Source: an uncultured Candidatus Saccharibacteria bacterium
GTDB taxonomy: Bacteria > Patescibacteriota > Minisyncoccia > Phycocordibacterales > CAIZLB01
DNA length: 64,000 nt
Direction of reading: 5' to 3'
Assembly: GCA_964607805.1 (NCBI GenBank)
Contig: CAZSLF010000001.1
Coordinates: 78,613-142,612 of the forward strand
The notes beneath the pieces are model-generated. The model worked only from the letters and a program-made list of their open reading frames with translations, was not told the origin of the DNA and did no database searches. Below, piece by piece: positions 47,801 to 56,088 of this stretch (positions are counted from its first letter, which is position 1; every line of letters begins with the position of its first letter). Made by a program: the position numbers and the translations under genes.

Positions 47801-48677
47801 TGTACTGAGAGGTTGTACTAATTGCAACCCCTGAAGGTGTATCGAATTGACCGTCAGCACTACCCAAAATACCAAAACCAAGCTTAGAAACAAAGTTCCC
47901 ACTTGAGTTGAACTTTTGGACCCTGTGGTTGACTCTATCCGCAACATATATATTACCGTAAGAATCGAAAGTTATTCCTCTAGGATTATTGAATTGTCCA
48001 TCTCCAGTACCCGCCGACCCAAAACTAGAAATAAATGTTCCTGTGGAATTAAATTTCTGTACCCTGTCACCCTCTTCTGTAACATAAACATTTCCAGATG
48101 AATCACGTGCTAGACCAACAGGTGTATCAAATTGTCCATTGCTTGTCCCTGCACTACCCCACTTAGTAGTATATACACCGCTTGATGTGAATTTTTGGAC
48201 ACGGAAATTTTCGGCATCTGCAACATATACATTGTCTGAAGCATCAACCATAACACCTTCAGGAGATGTAAATTGTCCATTTCCTGATCCTGCGGTACCC
48301 CACTTAGTAACATAAGCAGTTGTTGAAGAAAACTTTTGTATTCGATTATTATTAGTATCTGCTACATATATATTCCCTAGTGAATCTATTGCAATTCCAA
48401 TAGGTGCACTGAACTGACCGTTAGCAGAACCTGAGGATCCCCACTTTGTAATATAAACTCCACTTGAATCAAATTTTTGAATACGATGATTGTTTGTATC
48501 TACAACATATATATTCCCAGAACTATCGATTGCAACACCGTTTGGGAAGTTAAACTGTCCATTTCCTGTTCCGCTTGATCCCCATTTTGAATCATAAATA
48601 TAACCCGCTTCTACATCAGAGTAAGCAAGTAGTGACACTGACAGAAAAAGAACTATATATATGAATATTTTTTTCAT
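44835..48677 (-). CDS. giant surface protein: NHL-repeat beta-propellers, Ig/fibronectin-like modules, two C-terminal peptidoglycan-binding domains
   Basis: Track ORF extends to 48737; the ATG at 48677 gives signal peptide MKKIFIYIVLFLSVSLLAYS. Repeated GxGxGQFxxPxGIAxDSxGNIYVxDxxNxRIQKF (NHL). Two C-terminal copies of LQKxLNxxGFPVSTSGAGSPGNESTYFGxATRAALAKxQ. Confidence 0.85.
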   Translation of the reverse strand: MKKIFIYIVLFLSVSLLAYSDVEAGYIYDSKWGSSGTGNGQFNFPNGVAIDSSGNIYVVDTNNHRIQKFDSSGVYITKWGSSGSANGQFSAPIGIAIDSLGNIYVADTNNNRIQKFSSTTAYVTKWGTAGSGNGQFTSPEGVMVDASDNVYVADAENFRVQKFTSSGVYTTKWGSAGTSNGQFDTPVGLARDSSGNVYVTEEGDRVQKFNSTGTFISSFGSAGTGDGQFNNPRGITFDSYGNIYVADRVNHRVQKFNSSGNFVSKLGFGILGSADGQFDTPSGVAISTTSQYMYISDRNNYRIQRFIYVPYPISTTSAASSLTQDTATLNANLLDLGTTTVTQHGFVYGTSSDLSITIATTTIGAISTTTTFLSNLTGLTADTTYYFKSYATNSEGTGYGNIASFTTLPLAVPTITTGTASTSSPHKSTLYGTISSLGGLPATSRGFYWGETDSYGATTEELGDFAAGSFSANLSSLTPGTTYHYMAYSINSLGTGSGDDAQFTTPEDFTSVRSGNWNDGSTWGNDSPGVAGIDYPNSSFDVNIFHTVTLNSDSSAKDVLIKSGGTVALGAYTLSVAGNFKNYGSLDANTGTVTLTGSGQRITGVNTFYNLVKNVSAADTLYLASTTTVINNLNLSGVSGGLLTVNYSTDNNPNFSQSFGENGTGNGQFDGAQGVGYDASGNIYVVDTANNRVQKFDSSGNYLSQFGSFGTAENQFDTPIGIAIDSSGNIYIADNRNERIQKFDSSHNFIKMWGWGVATGGDEFETCTSSCQIGISDDSRDVDGMMWGPAVIKIGPNGNLYVTQNAESTDPFDSIIEFDTNGNFVSRWGAEGTEDGQFYYGAYGIDFDSEGNIYVADISGVRIQKFDSDKNFMRTWGWGVRTGTNQSEVCLSNCRGGNAGSGEGQLNGPASLVIDTLGNVIVVDYGNNNIQRFDSDGNYLSQFGSFGSLDNEFNQPKGLVFDTVSQNLLVADSAGFKIKKFSIPTTWYVDPQGTETLSYLNVKNSNSVSSVTCISCINGGGNTNWVFAEASGSSSGGGGGGGGGYSGVVTSVAAPQQVVCSPGEIFSSRTGQRCTGTSGSSIGATTPITSTQTLQALGTVFTRNITLGVAGNDVLELQKFLNSQGFPVSTSGAGSPGNESTYFGPATRAALAKWQAQNGVSPAQGYFGPVTRARILEIFSVQPLNTQSNADLNSGSPTMHPSIFVNDLTIGSEGEEVRQLQKILNLKGFPVSTSGAGSPGNESTYFGSATRAALAKYQQANNISPAQGYFGPVTRARINQ

Positions 48678-48786
48678 TTTAAAAATTGACGAGGTGAAAA
48701 AAGTAAAACTATGAACTATAAGTGCATAACACATCAATACTATTGATTACTCACATTATAAATCAATTTCAAGGTATAATCTATAC

Positions 48787-49257
48787 ATGAATTACTTGAG
48801 AAAATTTGGAAAAACTGGAATTGCAGTTGTTTTGATAGTCTTATCGCTAATTGTATATATTTACATTTACAACACCTCGAATAGACGCGATGTGAGACAA
48901 GTATCAGCTACATATGATATGGGATATTTTAAAGATATCACTTTGGAAAATGGCCTTCAGGCAGAAATCACATCTACAAAAATAATTCCTCAGTCTATTG
49001 CAGGATCACCCGATTTCGATCCACTAAGTGTTATGGATAATTTATTTACAATAAAAGTAACAGGTAATCAGGAGGATGTAGACAATATTAATATTCATAA
49101 CGCAGATCGTATATTGAAAATAACTAAAAAAGAAAAAGATAAATTTTGTCTATTTTGTAAAAAATCAGAAGTTCGAATTGAAATAAATTATATAGATAAC
49201 CTAGATTTAGAAAGATTAGTTACAACCGGAACCACTAGTCAGACTATTACCCCATAG
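48787..49257 (+). CDS. hypothetical membrane-anchored protein
   Basis: 156 aa. N-terminal TM. TATAAT 6 nt upstream of the ATG. The 3' end overlaps the convergent nuclease gene by 42 nt. Confidence 0.5.
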   Translation: MNYLRKFGKTGIAVVLIVLSLIVYIYIYNTSNRRDVRQVSATYDMGYFKDITLENGLQAEITSTKIIPQSIAGSPDFDPLSVMDNLFTIKVTGNQEDVDNINIHNADRILKITKKEKDKFCLFCKKSEVRIEINYIDNLDLERLVTTGTTSQTITP

Positions 49258-49983
49258 TCCGCGCCCCGCATCACGAGCAGCTTGTTCCGCGGACTTAAAT
49301 TCTTTTTGAAATACATATGGCGTTCCATATGTATATTCGTAAGCGAAACCATTTTCAATCATATACTTATTGAAGAAAAGATTTGGCGTGGCTGTCGTGC
49401 CAGTTGCAGTTGCGTCAGCTGAAATAGTTGCAACAATTCCTCCAACCGATTGAACTACATAAACATATGCAAGCAATCGATTATATCTATCGAACTTTTG
49501 CTGACTTGGATCTAAATCTAACCTGACAATTTTACCAGTCAGTATCTCCTTAGCTTTTGCACTCGCCTCGCGACCAAAACACTCGACTTCCTTTCTAGGA
49601 TCAACAGTTTCGGGTGTATTTATTCCAATCATACGCACTTTATATTCTGTAGCCCTAACAGTTCCTGAACCCTTTGTGCCAAGTAGACTATCGCCGCTTG
49701 AAAAGCTGTCACCGGTCAATATTGTTGAGACAGTGATTGTATCCCCGTCTGTGACTTTGATAACTTTTGCAAATGGGAATTGTATCGATTCATCAATAGA
49801 GACAGTAACATCCTTATCACCCTGCAAATCCTTAACATCTTTTAGTTCTTCCAAAACTTCTGGGACGGAAGCCCTAGAGCCATTATCCAAAAAAATACTT
49901 CCACCAAAAGCAGCTACTGTAATTATCCCAAGAAATAATATGGCGATAAGTATATTCTCGACAGTATTTCGAAACGCTCGCAT
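49216..49983 (-). CDS. thermonuclease (staphylococcal nuclease family), membrane anchored / secreted
   Basis: 255 aa. VTDGDTITV, VRMIGINTPE, DRYNRLLAYVYV, NKYMIENGFA. Confidence 0.85.
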   Translation of the reverse strand: MRAFRNTVENILIAILFLGIITVAAFGGSIFLDNGSRASVPEVLEELKDVKDLQGDKDVTVSIDESIQFPFAKVIKVTDGDTITVSTILTGDSFSSGDSLLGTKGSGTVRATEYKVRMIGINTPETVDPRKEVECFGREASAKAKEILTGKIVRLDLDPSQQKFDRYNRLLAYVYVVQSVGGIVATISADATATGTTATPNLFFNKYMIENGFAYEYTYGTPYVFQKEFKSAEQAARDAGRGLWGNSLTSGSGCN

Positions 49984-49993
49984 GAATATTTTT

Positions 49994-50527
49994 CTATTCT
50001 GCTAATTTTTGAGTACAGTTTTTGAAAAGAGATTTGGCATTTTCGATAATTTTTGCTTCATAGTTATTTGTAGTAAAGACAATACTATCACCATCCGTTG
50101 CATGTCTGGTACCGTATTTTGTTGTTCTTTCTTTCAATATAATTCTACGATTTTCAACCTGAACACCGTCATTGCTTGGAGTACTATCAACTAGCTTAAC
50201 ATCTGCTCGTGGATCCTTTCCACCTAAATACACATGTGCAATAATTTTCTTTGAGTTATCACATGAGTAAACAACTTCGGCCACTTGTTCAATATCTGTT
50301 GCTGTTGTTGAAGCCATGATACGAGTTAGTGACCATGAACTAGGTCTATTTACTGAGTTAGCGTTTACAGATGCACCAATAATATTTGGTAATATATCCG
50401 TAGTTGTAGTTGCGTTTGCATTTGAATCTGCTGGATTATCCGAACCACCTCTATTCATATAATAAATAGTACCAGCTACAATGATAAGTATAAGGGCAAC
50501 TAGGCCGAAAATCTGTGTTTTTTTCAT
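49994..50527 (-). CDS. hypothetical membrane-anchored protein (possible MliC-like domain)
   Basis: 177 aa. N-terminal TM. The Cys-flanked C-terminal beta-rich domain is only weakly reminiscent of MliC. Confidence 0.5.
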   Translation of the reverse strand: MKKTQIFGLVALILIIVAGTIYYMNRGGSDNPADSNANATTTTDILPNIIGASVNANSVNRPSSWSLTRIMASTTATDIEQVAEVVYSCDNSKKIIAHVYLGGKDPRADVKLVDSTPSNDGVQVENRRIILKERTTKYGTRHATDGDSIVFTTNNYEAKIIENAKSLFKNCTQKLAE

Positions 50528-50718
50528 ATTGGAGTATTATATCAGAAAAACAAAAACCACCCTGCTGGGAGGCCCTTGCTATGCTTCTGTGGGGAGCCTA
50601 AGTTCATAACGCTTAGCACAGTTGCATATGTAGATTTAAATGTTTTTATATCTAATAATTGATGGACTTAATATCAATGAGGAAACTAAATATAGGTTTG
50701 ATTGGTTGGGAACAAAAT

Positions 50719-51732
50719 CTATTTCGCTTCAGCTCTTAGACGTTGCATGAGCTGGTAAGGACGCACGCCCTTACACTCATTACTACGCAGGTCATCAAGA
50801 TTTCTTTCACTATTTATTACAGAATTATTCATCAGAACATTATTATTTTGTAAATCAATATCTGGCGCTATCGGAGCATTATTTAAAGCCATTTTTGGAG
50901 CATAAGCCATCTCCCACGGAAGGATAAAACAAGCATACATAGAGTGAGGCGCATTTACATCTTTATGTAACTCTGTTGGTAGTCCAATTACGCGCACCAT
51001 CTTTTCTTCTCTTAAAATATCTATATCCATTTCCAAAAGATCAGTAGATTCAATTAACCAAGATCGGCCTGATAGATCCTTGAGCACAAAAGAAGAATTA
51101 TCATGTTCTATAAAAATAACTTCACCAGCAATTACACCTCTTTCAACTTTTTGCCAAATTTGCTCTCTGTCTATAAAGGCACTTTTATGAAATGGAATAT
51201 TGTTTCCGACCGCTTTCTCCAAAAGCGCACCGAATCCATATGCATGCAGCACGCTCCCCCCTGCAATACTTAAGGCGAACGTACTTCCTACTATAATTAT
51301 AAGCGAATACTTATACCCTCTCTTGGTATGCCGAATTTGGACATATCCAAGCACCATGAATGCTATTAAACAAGCCACCCACATAAGGGGCAGCGTATCA
51401 AGAAGGAAACTAATTAGTGAGTCATGCGTCACACTGTAGTAATCGAATTCCATATATGAGACTGCAAATAGTCCTGCGGCCACAGATATAGATCCGATGA
51501 TAATACAGAGAAGTCCGGTCCCCCAGAAGAGTTCATTTTTAAATACAAAATACCACTTAGAGCGTGGTTTTACACACTCAGTCTCTATACGATCGAATAC
51601 ACTAGCGACTAAGGATTCACTCGATTCGCCATTTGCACCGTCTGCGGGTACATCAAAAACCCTAACCTTACGGATATCCGCTGGTTCGCAATCTGGTTCA
51701 TTATTCATTTTTTGTTTATCTTTTTCTAACAT
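50719..51732 (-). CDS. hypothetical membrane protein, putative anti-sigma factor
   Basis: 337 aa. Cytoplasmic N-terminus then 4 TM helices. Lies 5 nt downstream of the sigma factor gene. Assignment is by position only. Confidence 0.45.
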   Translation of the reverse strand: MLEKDKQKMNNEPDCEPADIRKVRVFDVPADGANGESSESLVASVFDRIETECVKPRSKWYFVFKNELFWGTGLLCIIIGSISVAAGLFAVSYMEFDYYSVTHDSLISFLLDTLPLMWVACLIAFMVLGYVQIRHTKRGYKYSLIIIVGSTFALSIAGGSVLHAYGFGALLEKAVGNNIPFHKSAFIDREQIWQKVERGVIAGEVIFIEHDNSSFVLKDLSGRSWLIESTDLLEMDIDILREEKMVRVIGLPTELHKDVNAPHSMYACFILPWEMAYAPKMALNNAPIAPDIDLQNNNVLMNNSVINSERNLDDLRSNECKGVRPYQLMQRLRAEAK

Positions 51733-51737
51733 TTTAT

Positions 51738-52583
51738 TTATTTTGTATTTATTTTTTCTTCATATTCGACCTTTATTTCTTCTTCGTTGTCCGCAGCCAT
51801 CACCTCTTCTGGCACCCCTCCTGGGCTTTCCGAGGTTTCAGGGCTTTCCGGACTTTGAGGACTTTTTTTCCTTATAAATGGCAATTGGGACAAATCCGCC
51901 AAACTTGGAATACGTAGGAAAGATTTACCTTCACCTTTTTTATCCTTGGATTCGGCATCATTACTATTTTTCACTTTATTTTCATCTGTATGCAAGTGCT
52001 CCACATATGTAGCCAATTGTTTTTTGGCACGATGAATAAGTGTAGCAACTGACCCAGAAGGAATCTCAAGAATATCTGAAATTTCAGCATAATCTCTATC
52101 TTCAAAATAACGTAAAATTAAAATATTTCTATATTTTTCATCAATTTTTGATAAAGCAGCATTTACGTGGAGAGCATTAATTTTTTTATTGATATTCTCC
52201 GCTATATCTGCCCTATCTCCATCGTCATATATTTTATCAAGAAATTCTTCAGCATTGTCTACTGAATTACCTTCTGGCCTAACTTTTTTGGATCTAAAAA
52301 AACTAATTGTCTCGTTATGAGCAATACGATACAACCAAGTAGAAAAAGTTAAGCTGGTATCAAAATTTACGATATTTCGATATGCCTTTATAAATGTATT
52401 CTGGACAACATCCACTCTGTCCTCCTCACCTGCTAGCCCTAATCTGGCTACATATCGAAGGAGAGCTCGCTCATAGCGCCGGATAAGCACCGCAAAAGCC
52501 TCTTTGTCGCTAAGGACAAGTACAGCAATTTCCTGATCTGTTTTTTTGTCCAGATCCTCAAGTGTGGCAGGAGAAGTGTCCAT
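51738..52583 (-). CDS. RNA polymerase sigma-70 family factor (ECF-like) with acidic/Ser-Pro-rich C-terminal tail
   Basis: Region 2 DVVQNTFIKAYRNIVNFD...FSTWLYRIAHNETISFFR. Region 4 ILILRYFEDRDYAEISDILEIPSGSVATLIHRAKKQL. The ATG at 52583 is preferred because TATAAT overlaps the 52616 start. Confidence 0.8.
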   Translation of the reverse strand: MDTSPATLEDLDKKTDQEIAVLVLSDKEAFAVLIRRYERALLRYVARLGLAGEEDRVDVVQNTFIKAYRNIVNFDTSLTFSTWLYRIAHNETISFFRSKKVRPEGNSVDNAEEFLDKIYDDGDRADIAENINKKINALHVNAALSKIDEKYRNILILRYFEDRDYAEISDILEIPSGSVATLIHRAKKQLATYVEHLHTDENKVKNSNDAESKDKKGEGKSFLRIPSLADLSQLPFIRKKSPQSPESPETSESPGGVPEEVMAADNEEEIKVEYEEKINTK

Positions 52584-52725
52584 TTTATGGTATGAGCGTC
52601 TTATTATTATACGCATGGCAGTGAATTTTCTTTCACTTTATTCTCTCCTTTTAGGTCTGCCCTATGCGTATTTATGTCTATAAGATGCTTAGTTCAATTA
52701 TACCGTGTATACTCAAAGTATATAA

Positions 52726-53379
52726 ATGAAAAGAAAACCACAGAAAATTTGGTTAAAACTTGTTGGTGCCGCTTTGGTACTCATGGCTATTTTCATTTCC
52801 ATAAAAACTTTCTCAAATAAATATGAAATTATCAATGAAAGTAAGCTGAGCGAAAAAGATGGACAAATTAAAACTGTTGTTGCTTTTGGTGATAGCCTAA
52901 TTTCAGGTACAGGTTCAACAAAGGGCAATGATTTTGTTTCTCTACTTTCAAAAGAAATTGGCCAACCAATTCTAAACCTCGGTAAAAGTGGTGACACCAC
53001 TACTTCAGCCCTAACTCGAATTGATTCTGTTGTGCGTACTAAGCCAGATATTGTAATTGTACTTCTCGGCGGAAACGACTATCTAAGAAAAATCGAACAA
53101 GATACAACTTTTAGTAATTTAGATAAAATTGTAAAAACTCTTCAGGATAATGGCGCAGTCGTAATTCTCCTCGGCGTTCGTGGTGGACTTCTAAAAGATT
53201 CATATGAATCGAAGTTTAGCGCTTTCGCAAAAACTCATGGCACAGCATATGTTCCAAATGTTTTAGATAATCTACTTGGTGATAAAGAACTTATGTCAGA
53301 TGCCATTCATCCAAACGATAAAGGTTATCAAAAAATCGCAGATAAAGTCCTCCCAACACTTGTCAGGTTTGTTAAATAG
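52726..53379 (+). CDS. SGNH/GDSL hydrolase (arylesterase-like)
   Basis: 217 aa. VVAFGDSLISG, GGNDY, DAIHPNDKGY blocks. Confidence 0.85.
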   Translation: MKRKPQKIWLKLVGAALVLMAIFISIKTFSNKYEIINESKLSEKDGQIKTVVAFGDSLISGTGSTKGNDFVSLLSKEIGQPILNLGKSGDTTTSALTRIDSVVRTKPDIVIVLLGGNDYLRKIEQDTTFSNLDKIVKTLQDNGAVVILLGVRGGLLKDSYESKFSAFAKTHGTAYVPNVLDNLLGDKELMSDAIHPNDKGYQKIADKVLPTLVRFVK

Positions 53380-53529
53380 TGGTATTAAATATATAGATCT
53401 TATCTCTCTACAAACACCAGTTTGTATACTAACCGTTTGTCTATAAACGCCCGTTTGCGTTTTTGAGATTTGAGATACCGCAAATTCAGTTTGTTCTTCT
53501 TCTGCAACACAACCTACCACAATACACCG

Positions 53530-54072
53530 ATGTCCCAATCACTCTCTAATGCTCAGCTCACCGGAAAACTCGAACGTCAGATGCAGCGCGCACTTGAGCG
53601 CATCATGCATGTAATCAGGATTAAAGAAGGTGAATTTCTTGAATCCTCTGCACGGGCAGCCATAAGTGAGTCTGACTCAGAAACAAACAGTGAACGCACA
53701 TTTTTGCACCAACTTTCTCACTTCGAAGATCCTTTATTGCATATGCAAATGCATTTTTGGAAGTGTATGTTCGATGCAGCCATGGTACATGCAATAAAAT
53801 TTCCTGCAGATCCCCATTGTGATCTTGAGGCATGGTTCAATGAAATAATAATACCTTCGATAACAAAAGATTTTGGCTGCTCTTGTCGCGAGGAACAAGC
53901 CCAGCTATTGACTCGTTTAGGAGTAGAGTGTCTAGAATCACTCCAACAACTTCTACCTCTCAACTTAGTGACGTCAGCACTCATGCTTGAAAGAAGTGAG
54001 CTTCCTGCCAGTCTTCATTCAAAAGTTATGAAGCGAGTTATTGCTCGTGACAGAGTTCTGGCGAACTCTTGA
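53530..54072 (+). CDS. hypothetical protein (G+C-rich islet G)
   Basis: Track ORF begins at 53470; the ATG at 53530 is preferred. Helical, Cys/His-containing, no recognisable motif. Predicted promoter TTGTCA (53360-53365), 17-nt spacer, TATTAA (53383-53388). Confidence 0.5.
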   Translation: MSQSLSNAQLTGKLERQMQRALERIMHVIRIKEGEFLESSARAAISESDSETNSERTFLHQLSHFEDPLLHMQMHFWKCMFDAAMVHAIKFPADPHCDLEAWFNEIIIPSITKDFGCSCREEQAQLLTRLGVECLESLQQLLPLNLVTSALMLERSELPASLHSKVMKRVIARDRVLANS

Positions 54073-54093
54073 ACTCATTTCGCAGCACAACGC

Positions 54094-54130
54094 AATTGGC
54101 CGCCCCTCTGGGGCGGCCAATTTTCTTTTC
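54094..54130. terminator. strong GC-rich terminator between islet G and the MerR gene
   Basis: aattggccgcccc / tct / ggggcggccaatt followed by ttttcttttc. Confidence 0.8.
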
Positions 54131-54142
54131 TCACTTTAATTT

Positions 54143-54997
54143 TTACTTACCAATTGTCTTAGCATACTCAACCATCGCATCGCGCATATATACAGCAAGT
54201 CCTTCACGATACTTTTCATAGTACGCAGTAAAACGTGGATCAGCCACATACATTTCTCCTAAACCAGAATACATCTCAGGATTCGGTTCGTAGAAAACAC
54301 GAAGACCGGCATAGTGCCTTGCAATTGCTTTTTGCATACGCGGACTTTTAGCATCGAGCTTTGCATCAAAACAAGCAACAATTTCATTCATTAGATCTTC
54401 ACCCGCAATTTTAATTTCATCCCAATCAGCTTTTGTAAATTTCTTTACATGCTTCGCAGATTCTTTATACATGTCAGTGTCGCCCCATCGATCTTTCGCC
54501 TCGATATTCCATTCTTCAATTTGCTCTTTTTCTTCTTTCGAAAAACCAGCATATAGTTCATCGTCAGTCATTGTGTCAATTTTAGTCATATTGTTTTTCG
54601 CACTTTTTTTAGCGCTATTAATTTTGATAATGGTTTTATCGATTGTACCAACCAATTCATCAAATCTTTTCTTTTTAAGGAGAATAAATTTCTTATGCTC
54701 ATGCAGTGCAGCAAGAATATCAAAATCCTTTGATTTCATTATCCTGATAATTTCTTCAATTGGAAATTCTAATTCCTTGAAGAAAAGAATTTGTTGCAAT
54801 CGCAATAATTCAGGCTCACCATACTCACGATAATTATTTGAAGCTTTACGAACCGGCACAAGCAAACCAACTTCATCATAATAATGAAGTGTACGGACGC
54901 TAACACCAGCCAATTTAGCCAATTTGTTTACGCTATATGTCTGATGGCTTCCTTGGTTATTCTGACTATTTTGATTCCTTTCCTTTTGTTTGGTCAT
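54143..54997 (-). CDS. MerR family transcriptional regulator with TipAS-like C-terminal domain
   Basis: 284 aa. YSVNKLAKLAGVSVRTLHYYDEVGLLVP HTH, coiled-coil linker, TipAS-type C-terminus. Confidence 0.8.
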   Translation of the reverse strand: MTKQKERNQNSQNNQGSHQTYSVNKLAKLAGVSVRTLHYYDEVGLLVPVRKASNNYREYGEPELLRLQQILFFKELEFPIEEIIRIMKSKDFDILAALHEHKKFILLKKKRFDELVGTIDKTIIKINSAKKSAKNNMTKIDTMTDDELYAGFSKEEKEQIEEWNIEAKDRWGDTDMYKESAKHVKKFTKADWDEIKIAGEDLMNEIVACFDAKLDAKSPRMQKAIARHYAGLRVFYEPNPEMYSGLGEMYVADPRFTAYYEKYREGLAVYMRDAMVEYAKTIGK

Positions 54998-55100
54998 GTT
55001 TGTTTAATCAATACGATAAAACTATCATATCCTAAACTATGACGCAACGTGAGAGTCAAGTGTCTAAACCATCATTTAAAACTGATCAGATTCTCCTATC

Positions 55101-55607
55101 CTAACTATGCATATAATATACATTTGTAGTCCAGTTTTCTTCATTTGGATCTTGCATTGGTCCAACTAGATATTCTTCAAGAGCCATAACTGGTAAACCC
55201 CCTTGCGAGTTCCCTTGTGCTTCTGCATACTCAATCAAAGCCATATGTGTATCCTTTAATGCATCATATGACCCTTTCATAACACCTAAACTTGCCTTTG
55301 ATTCTGGGACTTCAACAATTGAAAGTTCTGGGTCAGTAATTACAGTATTGTCTACGCCACCCTCTCCATTTCCAAAATTACTAATTGGGAAAGCAATAGC
55401 TAATTCACTCTGCATATTTTCCATATCCCAGTTGAAATACATAACTGTCCAAGGGCCTGAAATTTGCAAATTATTTTGAGCAATATATGCGCCTAATTTC
55501 TTTCCGGCCTCATCGTACATATCTTTATTTGTCACCTCACTAATTAGCACAATTTTTCGAAGTGCTAAATATCGATTCGCTTTGAAAGTTGTTTCAGTTA
55601 TTGTCAT
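55101..55607 (-). CDS. GyrI-like small-molecule-binding domain protein
   Basis: 168 aa. Pattern of two beta-alpha-beta-beta repeats; located next to the MerR/TipAS regulator. Confidence 0.6.
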   Translation of the reverse strand: MTITETTFKANRYLALRKIVLISEVTNKDMYDEAGKKLGAYIAQNNLQISGPWTVMYFNWDMENMQSELAIAFPISNFGNGEGGVDNTVITDPELSIVEVPESKASLGVMKGSYDALKDTHMALIEYAEAQGNSQGGLPVMALEEYLVGPMQDPNEENWTTNVYYMHS

Positions 55608-55634
55608 ATTGTTTTTTAATTTATTTGTAAATGA

Positions 55635-56051
55635 TTAATCGGATAAAACTCCATCAAAATGCTCGCTACTCGCTTCGGCATCTGCTTTTGTCACATGTAT
55701 TGTTTTATCCTTATGATGTGCAGGCGAATATATTGTATAAATTTTCATTGGTTCAGATCCTGTATTTACAATATTATGTTCAACTCCTTCTGGGACTGTA
55801 ACGGAATATCCGTCTGAAATATCAGTTTCTTGACCGTTTAAAATTGCCTTGCCTGTTCCACTTTCAATACGCAAAAATTGATCCGTGTCATTGTGAGTTT
55901 CAAGTCCAATTTCTTCGCCAGGCAAAAGATTCATAAGCACTAACTGACTATGCTTTGATGTATAAATTACCTTGCGAAAATTTTCATTTTCTACAGTCTC
56001 TTTCTCTATGTTTGTTATATGTCCTTTCATGTTTGATTTAATTTGTATCAT
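55635..56051 (-). CDS. cupin domain protein
   Basis: 138 aa. GEEIGLETHNDTDQFLRIESGTGKAILNG...VPEGVEHNIVNTG. Confidence 0.75.
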   Translation of the reverse strand: MIQIKSNMKGHITNIEKETVENENFRKVIYTSKHSQLVLMNLLPGEEIGLETHNDTDQFLRIESGTGKAILNGQETDISDGYSVTVPEGVEHNIVNTGSEPMKIYTIYSPAHHKDKTIHVTKADAEASSEHFDGVLSD

Positions 56052-56088
56052 CTCCCATATTAGACCTATTATACACTACACCTTAAAC

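Noticed and set aside
50545-50720. SRP (4.5S) RNA-like or other small RNA in the G+C-rich patch downstream of the anti-sigma gene
   Set aside because: The minus-strand sequence cacagaagcatagcaaggg only loosely recalls the SRP domain IV motif, and no matching helix can be drawn. The patch is better explained as a 3' UTR ending in an imperfect terminator (cctccc-agca-gggtgg plus a T tract), followed by the leaderless promoter of the next gene.
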